A stretch of 64,000 bases of DNA, taken from contig OX597832.1 of NCBI GenBank assembly GCA_951406725.2, forward strand, positions 38,564,001-38,628,000. Direction: 5' to 3'. Source of the DNA: Octopus vulgaris. Lineage: Eukaryota. The translations under genes were made by a program, and so were the position numbers. Of the stretch, positions 1-14,419 are shown piece by piece (the stretch's first letter is position 1; each line of letters starts with the position of its first letter). Under the pieces are notes generated by a model, which saw only the letters and a list, made by a program, of their open reading frames with translations, made no database searches and had not been told where the DNA came from.

Positions 1-134
1 GATATTTTTATATTCTTTTCTCATTCAAGTTTCACTCAAGAGAAATTAGGTTCACGATGCAGGACTAGTCAGATCCCGGACCCGAAAAGTTTGCAAATAA
101 AAGTATAATATTTGTCAGTGCTTTTTTACAAGTC

Positions 135-580
135 GCTGTTGTGTCTTAGCCTCAGATCAACCTTACTTATGAAGAACTATCATGAGAGGCGTTCCAACCA
201 TGCAATTTCATTTTTTTTTTTTTCACAGGCAAAACGCATTTTGGACTGCATTATCTGATGTGTCCTTCATTTTAAGACATGAATGTATAATATGGTTTAT
301 TTCGCTGCTATTTTTAGCGGATCAAGCAATTACGCAGAGAATCTTTTATTGATTCCTGTAACACTAAGAGATGTTTTGTATGTTTTATTGTTATTTAGCC
401 CAAAGCCAACTATGAAAAAATGGTCATATGATCAATGAGGTTCCAGTCACGACTATCCCGCCTTTTCAGGATTATAACAAGCACTATATGAATGAACGTG
501 TTCCTTCCAGACTTAAGACGAAAAGGAATAAGCTGAGGGGGATTCCACTACTGTTTGTAGCTAGTCATGTGACCTTCAAG
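135..580. repeat. Two tandem decayed copies of an old unclassified interspersed repeat (related copies at ~44930-45120 and, inverted, ~48240-48400)
   Basis: Shared motif order ttagcc...atga(t)ca..gttcca..catg/gac ... gctgctatt(t)tagc recurs at 135-345, 388-580, 44930-45120 and as the reverse complement at 48240-48400; highly diverged. Confidence 0.5.
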
Positions 581-599
581 GTTTGATCTTTATAAATGA

Positions 600-898
600 C
601 TAGCAGTATCGCCCGGCGTTGCTCGGGTTTGTAAGGGAAATAACTATATAAGCATTTTTAGAGAGTTACTTCCCTTATATAATAGCAAAAAAATGCATAA
701 AAAATGGGAAAAAATGATGGTGAATTTTTTTTCAAATCGTAGACTCATCGTAGACGCGCGCTAATACCCAGAAGGGCTCGATATGAATCACGACTATAAT
801 ATACCCGCTTTTGGTTACACTGCATCGCAAAATGTGGGAGTAGTTAGGAATCTAAATCGTAGGAGACAGACACACAACTTCACTTTTATATATAAAGA
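600..898 (-). mobile_element. Complete non-autonomous Helitron
   Basis: Minus strand begins 5'-TCTTTATATATAAAAG and ends CCCGAGCAACGCCGGGCGATACTGCTAG-3' (subterminal GC hairpin plus CTAG). Inserted between A and T with no TSD; canonical Helitron termini. Confidence 0.88.
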
Positions 899-1361
899 TA
901 ACCGGTGAATGTGTGTATATGTGCGTATATGTGTCTATGTGTATGTGTGCATGTTTATGTGCCTGTGTGTGTGTGTGTGTGTGTGTGTGTGGTGAAAATT
1001 TTACCCGAGAAGGAGCAAGAAAAAGGGACCAGGCAGAGAGAGGAAATGAGAATATGAAAAAGGGAGAGGCTTATGATGAGGCCGAGGATAAGAAAGACAG
1101 GCAGAAAGGAAGGATAGAAACGCCATAGTGTATACGTAATACGGCAGATTTCCACACTACGCATACTTCTGCATGTTTATACAGAGTGCATCGGGGGAAT
1201 CATGCCAGGAGAACGCATTTTACATTGTTTAATCTGTCGCCACTTGTATAAATGATGTTATTTTACATACTGTGAAGAAATATTACACAACTTTATTAAT
1301 ATCACACGTTATGACATCACCATGCTACACTCTAAATAGCACCACATTGAGCAAAATATAA

Positions 1362-1451
1362 TTGTTGTTGCTGGTGGTGGTGGTGGTGGTGGTGCTGGTA
1401 GTAGTTTTGATGTTGTCGTCGTTGTTGTTGTTGTTCTTCTTCTTCTTCTTC

Positions 1452-1482
<31 letters not shown>

Positions 1483-1510
1483 CATCATCATCATCATTAT
1501 TATTATCATT

Positions 1511-1545
<35 letters not shown>

Positions 1546-1580
1546 TATTATTACTATTAATAATAATAATAATAATATCA
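1362..1580. repeat. Compound trinucleotide microsatellite (GTT/GGT/TTC/TTA/TCA/AAT)
   Basis: Directly visible. Confidence 0.95.
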
Positions 1581-1724
1581 TGTTGATGATGATCGATTTT
1601 TGCCGATCATCCTTTCAAGATCGACAAAATAAGTACCAGTCAAGTACTGGGGTCGATGCCATCGACCAAACCCTCTCCAACAAATTTCATCTTTTTGTGC
1701 CTGTAGTAGAAAAGATTAGAAAAG

Positions 1725-1777
<53 letters not shown>

Positions 1778-1990
1778 GGCGGCGAGCTTGGCAGAATCGT
1801 TAGCACGCCGGATGAAATGCTTCGCAGCATTTCGTCCACCTTTAAGCTCTGAGTTCAATTTCCATTGAGGTCGACTTTGCCTTTCATCCTTCCGTGGTCG
1901 ATAAAATAAGTACCAATTGAACAATGGGGTCGATGTAATCGTCTCATCCCCTCCCCAAAACTACAGCCCTTGGAGTAAAATTTGAAACTA
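1778..1990 (+). mobile_element. tRNA-derived SINE family A (short-tail form); partial copies also at 1595-1725 and 2018-2130
   Basis: Head GGCGGCGAGCTTGGCAGAATCGTTAGC (A box), GAGTTCAA (B box), core GTCGACTTTGCCTTTCATCC..GGTCGATAAAATAAGTACC, (TTA)n tail. The core resembles the Meta/MESC-type SINE domain from recall, not checked. Confidence 0.85.
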
Positions 1991-2144
1991 TTATTGTTAT
2001 TATTATTACTATTATTAAAACAGTGAGCTGGCAGAATCATTAACCTAGCGGACAGCAGTTTTTCTTCTGGTCTCAAATTACGTAAAGACGGACAAAATGA
2101 CTCTAAGTATGTGCTAACAATTCTGTAAGCTCACCACCTTAATA

Positions 2145-2750
2145 AACCCTTCTACGAAAGGCACAAATTTTGGGGCGTGAAGAGTAGTCGATTACATCGC
2201 CCCAGTGTTTTACTGGTACTTAATTTATCGACCTCGAAAAAATGAAAGGCGAAGTCGACCATGGCGGAATTTGAACTCTGAACGTAGCGACGGGTGAAAT
2301 ACCGCTAAGCATTCCGTCCAGTATTCTAACGATTCTTATTTCTTTACTGCCCAAAAGGGGCTACACACAGAGGGGACAAACAAGGACAGGCAAACGGATT
2401 AAGTCGATTACATCGACCCCAGTGCGTAACTGGTACTTAATTTATCGACCCCGAAAGGATGAAAAGCAAAGTCGATCACGGCGGAATTTGAACACAGAAC
2501 GTAACGGCAAATAAAATACCTATTTCTTTACTACCCACAAGGGGCTAAACACAGAGGGGACAAACAAGGACAGACAAACGGATTAAGTTGATTACATCGA
2601 CCCCAGTGCGTAACTGGTACTTAATTTATCGACCCCGAAAGGATGAAAGGCAAAGTCGACCTCGGCGGAATTTGAACTCGGAACGTAACGGGAGACGAAA
2701 TACCGCTAGGCATTTCGCCCGGCGTGCTAACGTTTCTGCTAGCTCGCTGT
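2145..2750 (-). mobile_element. SINE family A stack: long-tail dimer (2337-2750) abutting a short-tail copy (2145-2335)
   Basis: Repeated unit tatttctttactacccacaaggggctaaacacagaggggacaaacaaggacag...gaaaggatgaaaggcaaagtcgacctcggcggaatttgaac; head at the right end. Confidence 0.9.
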
Positions 2751-3289
2751 CTTTCACCGGCTTAATAATAATAAAGTTTATAATTCCGGCACAAGGCCAG
2801 CATTTCTAGAGGGTGTGGCAATTTGAGTACATCGATACCAATTCTCAACTAGTACTTATTTCATTGACGCTTGAATGGATGAAATACAAAGCTGACCTCG
2901 GTGGCATTTAAATGCACAATGTGTTAGAAAAAATGTAGCTAAGCTATAAATTCTGCCAGCTTATTCCGAGTTCAAATTCCTGTGAGGTCGACTTTTATTT
3001 TTATCGTTTTGAGGTTGTTAAATCAAGTCCCTGTTGAGCATTGTATCTGATGAAATCCACTTGCCAACTTACCCCGAGTTTCAAGTTTTCTGCTTATAGT
3101 AAAAAGAATCATAACTGCTGCTGCAGCTGATGATGATGATGATGATGAGGAGGAGGAGGAGGAGGAGGGGGGAGGAGGAGGAGGAGGAGGAGGAGGATAA
3201 GGACGACGACAACGACGACGACAACGACGACGACAATGATGATTTCTTACATAGGTTTAAAGACGGAAAACTTTCTCAGGAAGATATCT

Positions 3290-3975
3290 CTCGATGATGC
3301 GTTGGGTATAACGAAGGAACAGCGTGCTTCTGCGAAATTCTTTTTTCTGCTGCGGCCGAAACAGTTGTCATACTTCAAACAGCTTACAAGGATGCTGCCA
3401 TGAGAAAAATACAAGTTTACAAGTGGTTTTCACACGTTAGGAACGGTCACTTGTTGCTTGAAGGCCAACCTCGTCGACCTCTCCAACGAATGAAAACCTC
3501 ATGAAAATTCATGAACTGATCTTAAAGGACCGTTACCGAACAATTCATGGAATTGCTGATATGATTGGTGTGTCCTGGAGATCCTGCCGACGAATTTTGA
3601 ACAAGGAATTGAGAATGAAAGGAGTTGCGGCAAAATTTGTGCCTCGTTTACTCACGGAAGGTCAAATCCAGTCCCGACTGTATGCTTGTCGTAAACTGAA
3701 AGAATTGGAAATTAATCTGGACCTTTTTCTCGAATATCCTCATTGGTAATGAAAGCTGGTGCCACGGAATTTGCAGACGTGGAAGAGGCGAAGAGAAAAA
3801 CGACTGAAGCGTTCAAAAGCATCAGTGTTCGAGCTCTGCTTCGAACGGTGGAAACCGCGTCTGGACCGATGCATTGCTTCAGAGGGAAAATATTTTAAAG
3901 CTAATAAAAGGGTAAAAGTGTAAAAATGAATAAAATAATATTGCAAAATTCCGGTTTCCTTTGGGTGCCCCCTAG
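3290..3975 (+). mobile_element. Internally deleted mariner (Tc1/mariner) transposon remnant
   Basis: Frameshifted translation KEQRASAKFFFLL..AETVVILQTAYKDAAMRKIQVYKWF..KIHELILKDRYRTIHGIADMIGVSWRSCRRILNKELRMKGVAAKFVPRLLT (HTH plus WVPREL-like linker), C-terminal [20 protein letters not shown], and TIR-like aaattccggtttcctttgggtgcccc at ~3947-3972; the DDD core is deleted. Confidence 0.88.
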
Positions 3976-4300
3976 ATACATAAAAACATACATACATACA
4001 AGAATATATACATAAATACATAAATACACACACACACGTGTGTGTGTGAATGTGTGTACATGTGTATGTAAGTATATGTTTTATAATACCAAGGTATATG
4101 TATGCATGTGTGTGTGTGTGTGTACGGATATATTTATATATATATATATATATGTATACATATATACACACAACATAGTTACCTACATAAACATATACAT
4201 AAATGCATACATATATATATTTATATATACATGCACTCACATATATATATACATATTTATATACATACATATACATATATACATATATATATATACATAA

Positions 4301-4332
<32 letters not shown>

Positions 4333-4349
4333 GTATGTATGTATATATG

Positions 4350-4397
<48 letters not shown>

Positions 4398-4452
4398 CAT
4401 ACATACATATATATATTATGTATATATATGTATATATATATACATACATATG

Positions 4453-4484
<32 letters not shown>

Positions 4485-4933
4485 CATATATATATACATC
4501 CGCTTATGTTTGCGTGATTGAGTGTCTACAGATATAGCTAGAAATAACACCTTTTTTTTTTAAAGTAGTAAAATATATCAATTTGCAGGAAAAGACAAAT
4601 GTATATATTACAGTTCAGTTCTTTTGATGCTTTTCTATGGACGATGTCTGCAGCACACCTGGGCTTACAGGTACGCATATCGCACATCACACACACACAC
4701 ACACACACACAGCACAGAGGCAACACACGAATACTGCAACACGTATAAGCCTTCGCGCACGCGCATACATAGGTATATATACACGCATTCACTGATGTAC
4801 ATACCCATATATATCAACGAAAGCAAAAACACATGAATGCAAATTTTTCCAGACATAGTTCGGGCTATTTACACCTGACTAGGTATGAACTTGTGGCTGA
4901 TTACTTGTAAAAGCATATGTATATGTTTGAGGT

Positions 4934-4964
<31 letters not shown>

Positions 4965-4965
4965 C

Positions 4966-5243
<278 letters not shown>

Positions 5244-5384
5244 AAAGTATGTATATCCATATGTATAAGCATACACACACACAAAATTAATATAGACTGC
5301 TGTGTGCAATGCCCTACCTCGGCATTAGAGCTTTTTAGCTTTTATTTCTAGCAATGTATGTAGGTTTTCTAACACTGTAGCCAT

Positions 5385-5695
5385 GTTGTTGTTGTTTGTT
5401 CCTTCTCGAGCCACATCTGGCTCATAAGGGCCGGTTTCCCGGTTTCCTTGGCGTATAGGTTCCCCACCTAGACGGGATGCCGGTCCGTCGCAGGTGAGCG
5501 GCAGGATCCAGGAGGAAAGAGTGAGAGAAAGTTGTGGCAAAAGAGTCAGCAAATGTTCTCCATTACTTCCTGCCTGAGCCGCGTGGAGCTTAGGTGCTTC
5601 GCTCATATACACACCCATCAACCGGTCTGAGTTTCGAACCTGCGATCCCTCGTCCGCGAGTCCGCTGCTCTACCCACTAAACCAGGTGCCTCCAC
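5385..5695 (-). mobile_element. Full-length tRNA-derived SINE family C with (AAC)n tail and 13-bp TSD
   Basis: Head GTGGAGGCACCTGGTTTAGTGGGTAGAGC (A box), GGTTCGAAAC (B box); tail ..GGCTCGAGAAGGAACAAACAACAAC; TSD ACACTGTAGCCAT at 5372-5384 and 5696-5708. Confidence 0.9.
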
Positions 5696-5857
5696 ACACT
5701 GTAGCCATACTTAGTAAGAATTGTAGTTTTCCTTTTTCGTAACACAGTGCTTACAACTGTCTATAATAATTTTTCGTAAACACATTAGCGATTCGCTAAA
5801 TCATCAATAGATTGTTATGGTGACTACATATGTACTGACAAAGAATTAAAACTGCGA

Positions 5858-5927
5858 GTCGAGAGGTGCCTACCGATGAGGGACGGAATTAGCCGAAACT
5901 GACCGGTCAGTATAGGGAATGCTCGAC
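5858..5927 (+). ncRNA. Type I hammerhead ribozyme motif (U4->C core variant)
   Basis: Stem I GTCGAG..CCTA / TAGG..CTCGAC; core CCGATGA-G; short stem II GG..CC; GAAA (5895-5898); palindromic stem III CTGACCGGTCAG; cleavage triplet GUA (cut after 5912). Confidence 0.8.
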
Positions 5928-6079
5928 CGGTGTTTTCGGGTGATTACAGTCCCCGTCAATACACATCTATACAATTATGTGCTTTAACTACATCAATGGA
6001 ATTTTTATCGCTTATTTCTAGCAATATATGTGATCTAACACTCTAGTCATATATATATATAATATAATATGTAAATAAT

Positions 6080-6128
<49 letters not shown>

Positions 6129-6170
6129 GTATTTATGTATATATATATAGTTATATACATATATAAACAC

Positions 6171-6235
<65 letters not shown>

Positions 6236-6291
6236 TTATACCGCTCCACTCACCTACACACATATATATGTGTTGATGTGTATATGTATTC

Positions 6292-6323
<32 letters not shown>

Positions 6324-6835
6324 TGTATGTATGTATGTATGTATGTATGTATGTATTATGTATGTATGTATGTATGTATGTATGTATGTATGTATGCATG
6401 CAAGCATGCACGTGTGTATGTGTGAATGTACATTTTCGTTACATCTCTTAAGGCACGTAATACAGCGTGTTCCATAACCGAACGACCAGCGACGTCAGAT
6501 GTAGACAGGACACTTTTACACGATGTTTTTACTACTGCCAAAGATATAAAGTGTACGATACTTGGGAGCAAGCCTTCCGTCAAACTCTGACAGTAACTAC
6601 ATCCTTAGATATATATAACACGCGTCTCTACAAACGGATGACTTTGCATTGCTTTGCCAAGTTACATGTTTTATGATTCCGTATTCTTAAATTTAGAATG
6701 TTCCCCGTGTTAATGGATTTGGTGTTTGGTTTGTTGTTATTAGTTTTTGTTACATGCATCGTTTTCGTTTTTATGGGGTGATTTTTACATGTATGTTTGT
6801 TTTTGCTGAAAGAATAGTAATTGTAATGGTAATAA

Positions 6836-7863
<1,028 letters not shown>

Positions 7864-8007
7864 AATCCTTTTTGTACAGGCACGAAGCCTGAAATTCGGG
7901 GGACGGGTTACGTTGATTTCATCAAGCCTAATGCTCAACTCGTCCTCATTTCATCGACCTCGAAAGGATGTCTGTGAAAGTAGAAGAAGATTAGTTTTTA
8001 AAATAAT

Positions 8008-8478
8008 AGTCCCACTACGTGGCACCTTGGGTAAGTGTCTTCTGCTATAGCCTCAGGGCGACCAAAACCTTGTGAGTGGATTTGGTAGACGGAAACTGAA
8101 AGAAGCCGGTTGTATATATGTATATGTATGTATATATATGTGTGTGTGTTTCTCCCCACAACATCGCTTGACAACCGATGCTGGTGTGTTTACGTCGCCG
8201 TAACTTAGCGGTTCGACAAAAGCCTTGTGAGTTAATTTGGTAGATGGAAACTGAAAGAAGCCCGTCGTATATATGCATATATGTGTATGTGTGCGTGTGT
8301 GTGTGTGTTTGTCCCCCCAACTTCGCTTGCTAACCGTAACTTAGCGGTTCGGCAAAAACACCGATAGAATAAGTGCTAGGCTTACAGAGAATAAGTTTTC
8401 GGGTCGATTTGCTCGACTACAGGCGGTGCTCCAGCATGTCCGCAGTCAAATGACTGAAACAAGTAAAAGAGTAAAGAG
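8008..8478 (+). mobile_element. tRNA-derived CORE-type SINE family B, 5'-truncated, with internal duplication
   Basis: gtggcaccttgggtaagtgtcttctgctatagcc (CORE-like); ccttgtgagt..atttggtaga..ggaaactgaaagaagcc occurs twice; 3' end cagtcaaatgactgaaacaagtaaaagagtaaagag. Confidence 0.85.
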
Positions 8479-8519
8479 TATATGAGTGTAGTGTGAAGTT
8501 AATATAGTGTGTACGTATA

Positions 8520-9098
8520 TATGTATGCATGCATGTATGTATGTATGTATGTATGTATGTATGTATGTATGTGTGTATGTGTGTGTATGTATGTATGTGT
8601 TGTATGTATGTGTGTGTGTGTATGTATATATGTATGTATGTTTCTATGTATGTATGTATGTATGTATGTATGTATGTATGTATGTATGTATGTATGTATG
8701 TGTGTATGTATGTGTGTGTATGTATGTATGTATGTATGCATGTATGTATGTATGTATGTATGTATGTATGTATGCATGCATGCATGTATGTATGTATGTA
8801 TGTATGTATGTGTGTGTATGTATGTATGTATGTATGTATGTATGTGTATGTATGTATGTGTGTGTGTGTATGTATGTATGTATGTATGTATGTATGTATG
8901 TATGTATGTATGTATGTATGTATGTATGTATGTGTGTGTGTGTATGTATGTATGTATGTATGTATGTATGTATGTACGTATGTATGTATGTGTGTGTGTG
9001 TATGTATGTATGTATGTATGTATGTATGTACGTATGTATGTATGTATGTATGCATGCATGTATGTATGTATGTATGTATGTATGTATGTATGTATGTA

Positions 9099-9131
<33 letters not shown>

Positions 9132-9299
9132 ATGTATGTATGTATGTACGTATGTATGTATGCATGCATGTATGTATGTATACGGTCATACAGTAAGGCG
9201 GAAGTCTAAATAGTGACAAAAAGACATGTCTACACTATCACAAATATTGAGTAATGTTTCTAGTTGCAAAATCATTGTACACACACATAATATAAACAT

Positions 9300-9357
<58 letters not shown>

Positions 9358-9838
9358 CCCAAAAACGGAATGACCAGATCGAATCTTTCGTGGCCCTCTG
9401 CTCATCAGTCAAGTTTCTTTGCTCACCTTGTAAGTATGTATATAATACATATGTATATCAACGTATACATACATACATACATACATACATACATACATAC
9501 ATACATACATACATACACACACGCATACATACATACATACATACATACATACATACATACATACATACATACATACATACATACATACATACATACATAC
9601 ATACATACATACATACATACATACATACATACATACATACATACATACATACATACATACATACATACATACATACATACATACATACATACATACATAC
9701 ATACATACATACATACATACATACATACATACATACATACATACATACATACATACATACATACATACATACATACATACATACATACATACATACATAC
9801 ATACATACATACATACATACATGCATGCAAGCAGAGGT

Positions 9839-9870
<32 letters not shown>

Positions 9871-9988
9871 ATAGATAGACAGAGACAAAATACATAAATA
9901 GTAATATGCACTCTACGTTTGCGACATAAAAGCAGTCACAATTTAGATTTGCTTCTATACATTTGTGCATATGTGAGTTCATATATAT

Positions 9989-10039
<51 letters not shown>

Positions 10040-10213
10040 CACAAACATACACACACACACACACACACACACATACACACACATACATACATACACATAC
10101 ATACATACATACATACATACATACATACAAACATACATACATACATATATATATATGTACAGCCACATATATACGTATATAGATATGTATATGAATGTAT
10201 GTATATATGTTTG

Positions 10214-10262
<49 letters not shown>

Positions 10263-10281
10263 CTATCTATCTATCTATCTA

Positions 10282-10321
<40 letters not shown>

Positions 10322-10363
10322 CTGTATATATATATATGTACATAATATATATATATGTATATG

Positions 10364-10394
<31 letters not shown>

Positions 10395-10400
10395 ATACAG
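8520..10400. repeat. Large (TATG)n, (CATA)n, (CA)n and (TA)n microsatellite block with short unique spacers
   Basis: Directly visible. Confidence 0.97.
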
Positions 10401-10538
10401 TAACATATGAATTCTTATATATATATATATATATATATATACAGTGACATATGAATTCTTATATATATATATATATATATATACAGTGACATATGATATA
10501 TATATATATATATATATATACAGTGACATATGAATTCT

Positions 10539-10586
<48 letters not shown>

Positions 10587-10602
10587 TGACATATGAATTC
10601 TT
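10397..10602. repeat. Minisatellite: five copies of ACAGTGACATATGAATTCTT separated by variable (TA)n
   Basis: Units at ~10397, 10441, 10483 (truncated), 10520 and 10583. Confidence 0.9.
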
Positions 10603-10893
10603 ATATACATATATATATGCATGTATTGCATGTGTATGCAGATGGTTGCATATTTGTGTATGCAATAATTGTGCGAAGGAAACAATTACGTAGAAAATAG
10701 AAGGAAGCGCCACAGAAAGCCAAACCGGAAATGAGTTCATCAGAGAAGTGTGTTGTATATTTATGAAATGTGATTATGGAGTAACAAACGAATCAGAGAC
10801 ATAATCTACTTTGTTTTACACGTTTGCTTTCCAATTTTTCTGGTTTTCCTCCTTCGTCCCCGCCATGTTTTCTTACTTCCTCTCCATCCAGTC

Positions 10894-10942
<49 letters not shown>

Positions 10943-10983
10943 GCTTTCTCTCTCTTTCTCTCTCTCATACTTCTACTTTTGAC

Positions 10984-11038
<55 letters not shown>

Positions 11039-11273
11039 GTATATATATATATGTATATGTATGAGTATATAGATATATATATATTATATATATATATAGA
11101 GAGAGAGAGAGAAAGAGAGAGAGTGTGTGTATGATACACACACACACACATATATATATATATACACACATTTATATGCATATATACTTACATATGTACA
11201 TATCTATTTACGCGTTTACACACACACTCACATATATATATATACACGTGTACGCATATTTATAGGTGTTTGC

Positions 11274-11334
<61 letters not shown>

Positions 11335-11603
11335 TATGTATAAGCTCATTCATTTGCGCAATATTGTCGTGACAACGAAAGACAAAAAGTCTGTATTAAG
11401 AAATATTTCCATTCTTTAGTACTAAATGAAAGTCTAGAACTGGCTTCCATGAATGTGGAATGGCGTGTGGTGCCTTCATCAAGAAGAAATATTCATTCCT
11501 TTGAAAAAAATTATTTCAATATTCTTTCGACAGATTAAAATTAGTAACAGAAATGAATTTGTATGTGTTGTATTGTCTTTTGTTTTATTTTATATCGTGT
11601 GTG

Positions 11604-11668
<65 letters not shown>

Positions 11669-13149
11669 TCATGTGTGTGCATTAGTTTTCTTCAATTTTA
11701 CACGTCATTAATTGGAAAGTTGGAATTAGCAGTCCTGCTATTTCATTGTAAGAAATTCTTTTAAAAATTATATTTAAGAGAAAGAGAAATAAATAAAGAG
11801 AGAGCGAGAGAGAGAGAGAACAGAGAGAAGGGGGAGGATAGAGAGAAAATGGAGGAGGTAGAGACACCTGGCCAGCGTTCGTAGGTAAGCGTGTATCATT
11901 GATGGATTATATACCTCTGAATATATTGAATCTATTTTCTATTATATATTTTAGCGAGAGCAGAAATGGTTTAGCAGGCGAAGGAATGATTTAGCCAAAA
12001 GTGAAAAAGAAGATTCTTTTCAGGGTCTTTGTGGCTTATGGGAGAAAGGAAAGAAATTATCTCGATTGTCTTCAGCTAAGGGCTCCGAAAAGTAGAATCG
12101 GGACTTCAACAAGGCAACGAATCTTAGCTCAGTATCCAAGAACAGGCTTGGCCCTTCGAACAGGCCCCCATGCAGATTTTACGTCCGAAATTTCATTGAC
12201 AAGGCTTCAGTCAATCGGAAGCAGTTGCCGGAGGTGCTGGGCATCGTAGTCGTTGTTTGTTCAAAATCTAGGCGTAAATTGAACTTAGTTTGTTGGGACT
12301 ATTCTCTTTTCTAACTGACTTTTTTAAAATAAATCATTTCCTTTTAGGTAATACACTGATACTCAAGCTTTTTCAGTAAGCGTTGCTCAAAGAGGAGGAC
12401 AAAAAACCCCCCGCTTTTTTTTTCTTTTTTTTTTGCTGGATAGGGATCTAATTTATTGGAGGTAGTTCGTTTTTCTTATGAGAAATATACTTATAACCGC
12501 TGAAACCGCTTATGGCTAACTTGTTGCCGGCGAATTGGAAAGTACCCACCTCTCTGGATTGAGCTGCTCTACCATAGACTCTAAGCCATGATCCTTTCAG
12601 CCTATTTACGTTTAGAGGGGACATGTGTCTAATTCTTCCCCATTTGCTTCATTCTGTTTTCCCCTTTTCTTTTTCGGGTCGATAAAATAAAATACCAGTC
12701 ATGAACTGGAGTCGATGTAATCGATCGCTCCATCACCACTTAACCTGAAACCGATTTCTGGCTTTGAACCAAAATTTGAAAGAATTTATTACCAACAATA
12801 TTGACACACATCCATCTGCACTCATACTTACCAATTGCACTCATACTTACCAACAGCACTTATACACATCCAGTTACATTTATACATACCAGCTACACTC
12901 ATACTCACAAACTATACTCATACGCATCTAGCTACATTCATACATATCCAGCAACAGTCATACTTACCAGCCATACTCATACTCAGCAGCTACACTCATA
13001 CATACTCCACACCAAAATCGAAACAGCAAGTAATACGGAACAAGCCCTTGACATATATCTACACACTTTCATATTTACGCACACACACACACACACACAT
13101 ATATATACTTACACACAGATATAAACACATACATACCCAGATACATATA

Positions 13150-13564
13150 TATTTCTTTACTACCCACAAGGGGCTAAACACAGAGGGGACAAACAAAGAC
13201 AGACAAACGGATTAAGTCGATTACATCGAGCCCAGTGCGTAACTGGTACTTATTTAATCGACCCCGAAAGGATGAAAGGCAAAGTCGACCTCGGCGGAAT
13301 TTGAACTCACAACGTAACGGCAGACGAAATACCTATTTCTTTACTACCCACAAGGGGCTAAACACAGAGAGGAAAAACAAGGACAGACAAAGGGATTAAG
13401 TCGATTACATCGACCCCAGTGCGTAACTGGTACTTAATTTATCGACCCCGAAAGGATGAAAGGCAAAGTCGACCTCGGCGGAATTTGAACTCAGAACGTA
13501 GCGGCAGACGAAATACGGCTACGCCTTTCGCCTGACGTGCTAACGATTCTGCCAGCTCGCCGCC
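13150..13564 (-). mobile_element. SINE family A dimer (full copy plus headless copy)
   Basis: Two ~185-bp units joined at gacgaaatac/ctatttcttt (13332/13333); degenerate TSD atacccagatacatatat / acacccaagatgcatatat. Confidence 0.92.
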
Positions 13565-13899
13565 ACACACCCAAGATGCATATATACAATCGTACATCCA
13601 TATATGGACGTATAGAGGGGGTGAAACAGTCGGACATAAAGACGGAGAGAGAAGAGCGAAAGCGCAACAGGTAGGTTTAATGTGTTTCTGACCGCGGTGG
13701 TCTGGCCAGTAAAGTGACACATCTGACCGGAAGTAAGTAAGTAATGTCCACCCTGACCAAATGATTACTGAACTGAAAGTGTTCAGCAATGGCGACGACG
13801 TAACTTCATTTCCTTTATTGGTTTATGGCAGACATTAATAATGGAGGAGAACAAATTACGTAGAGTCACTAGCAATATCTACTATTGGTGTTCTTGGCA

Positions 13900-13925
13900 T
13901 TGTTGTTACTGTGGGCGTTGTTGTT

Positions 13926-13956
<31 letters not shown>

Positions 13957-14283
13957 TTGTTGTTGTTGTTGCTGTTGTTGTTGTTGTTGTTGTTGTCGGT
14001 GGTGGTGGTGATAACATTGTTGCTCTTATTACTAGAGTAATGGAGACTGCGGTAGTGATGGGTTGGAAATAGTCATGATGCTGGTGGTGGTGGTGGAGAT
14101 GGAGGTGGTGGTGTTGGAGCCCGTGGAGTTTGGGGGTGACCATCAGAGTTTTGGAGGCGGAGTTGTGTTGCTGGTGTTAGAAGTTGAGGCAATAAGAGTT
14201 GAGTGTTAATGACGATGATAATAATGTTGCTGATGATGATGACGACGACAACGACGACGTTGATGATGATGATGATGATGATA

Positions 14284-14315
<32 letters not shown>

Positions 14316-14367
14316 ATGATGGTGGTGGTAGTGGTTGTGGTGGTGGTGGTGGTGGTGGTGGTGGTGG

Positions 14368-14419
<52 letters not shown>

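Larger units (their letters stand above)
5313..6050 (+). mobile_element. Terminally redundant non-coding element carrying a hammerhead ribozyme (PLE pLTR/retrozyme-like), interrupted by a SINE
   Basis: Diverged direct repeat ttatttctagcaat(g/a)tatgt..tctaacact(g/c)tag(c/t)cat at 5342-5384 and 6012-6050; unit ~346 bp after removing the 324-bp SINE insert; ends in (TA)n. Confidence 0.65.

Noticed and set aside
10397-10602. CRISPR array interpretation
   Set aside because: Spacers are pure (TA)n, the context is eukaryotic, and there are no cas genes.
11955-11990. KWFSRRR resembling homeodomain helix 3
   Set aside because: The invariant Asn51 is absent, there is no helix 1/2 upstream, and an in-frame stop precedes the best donor.
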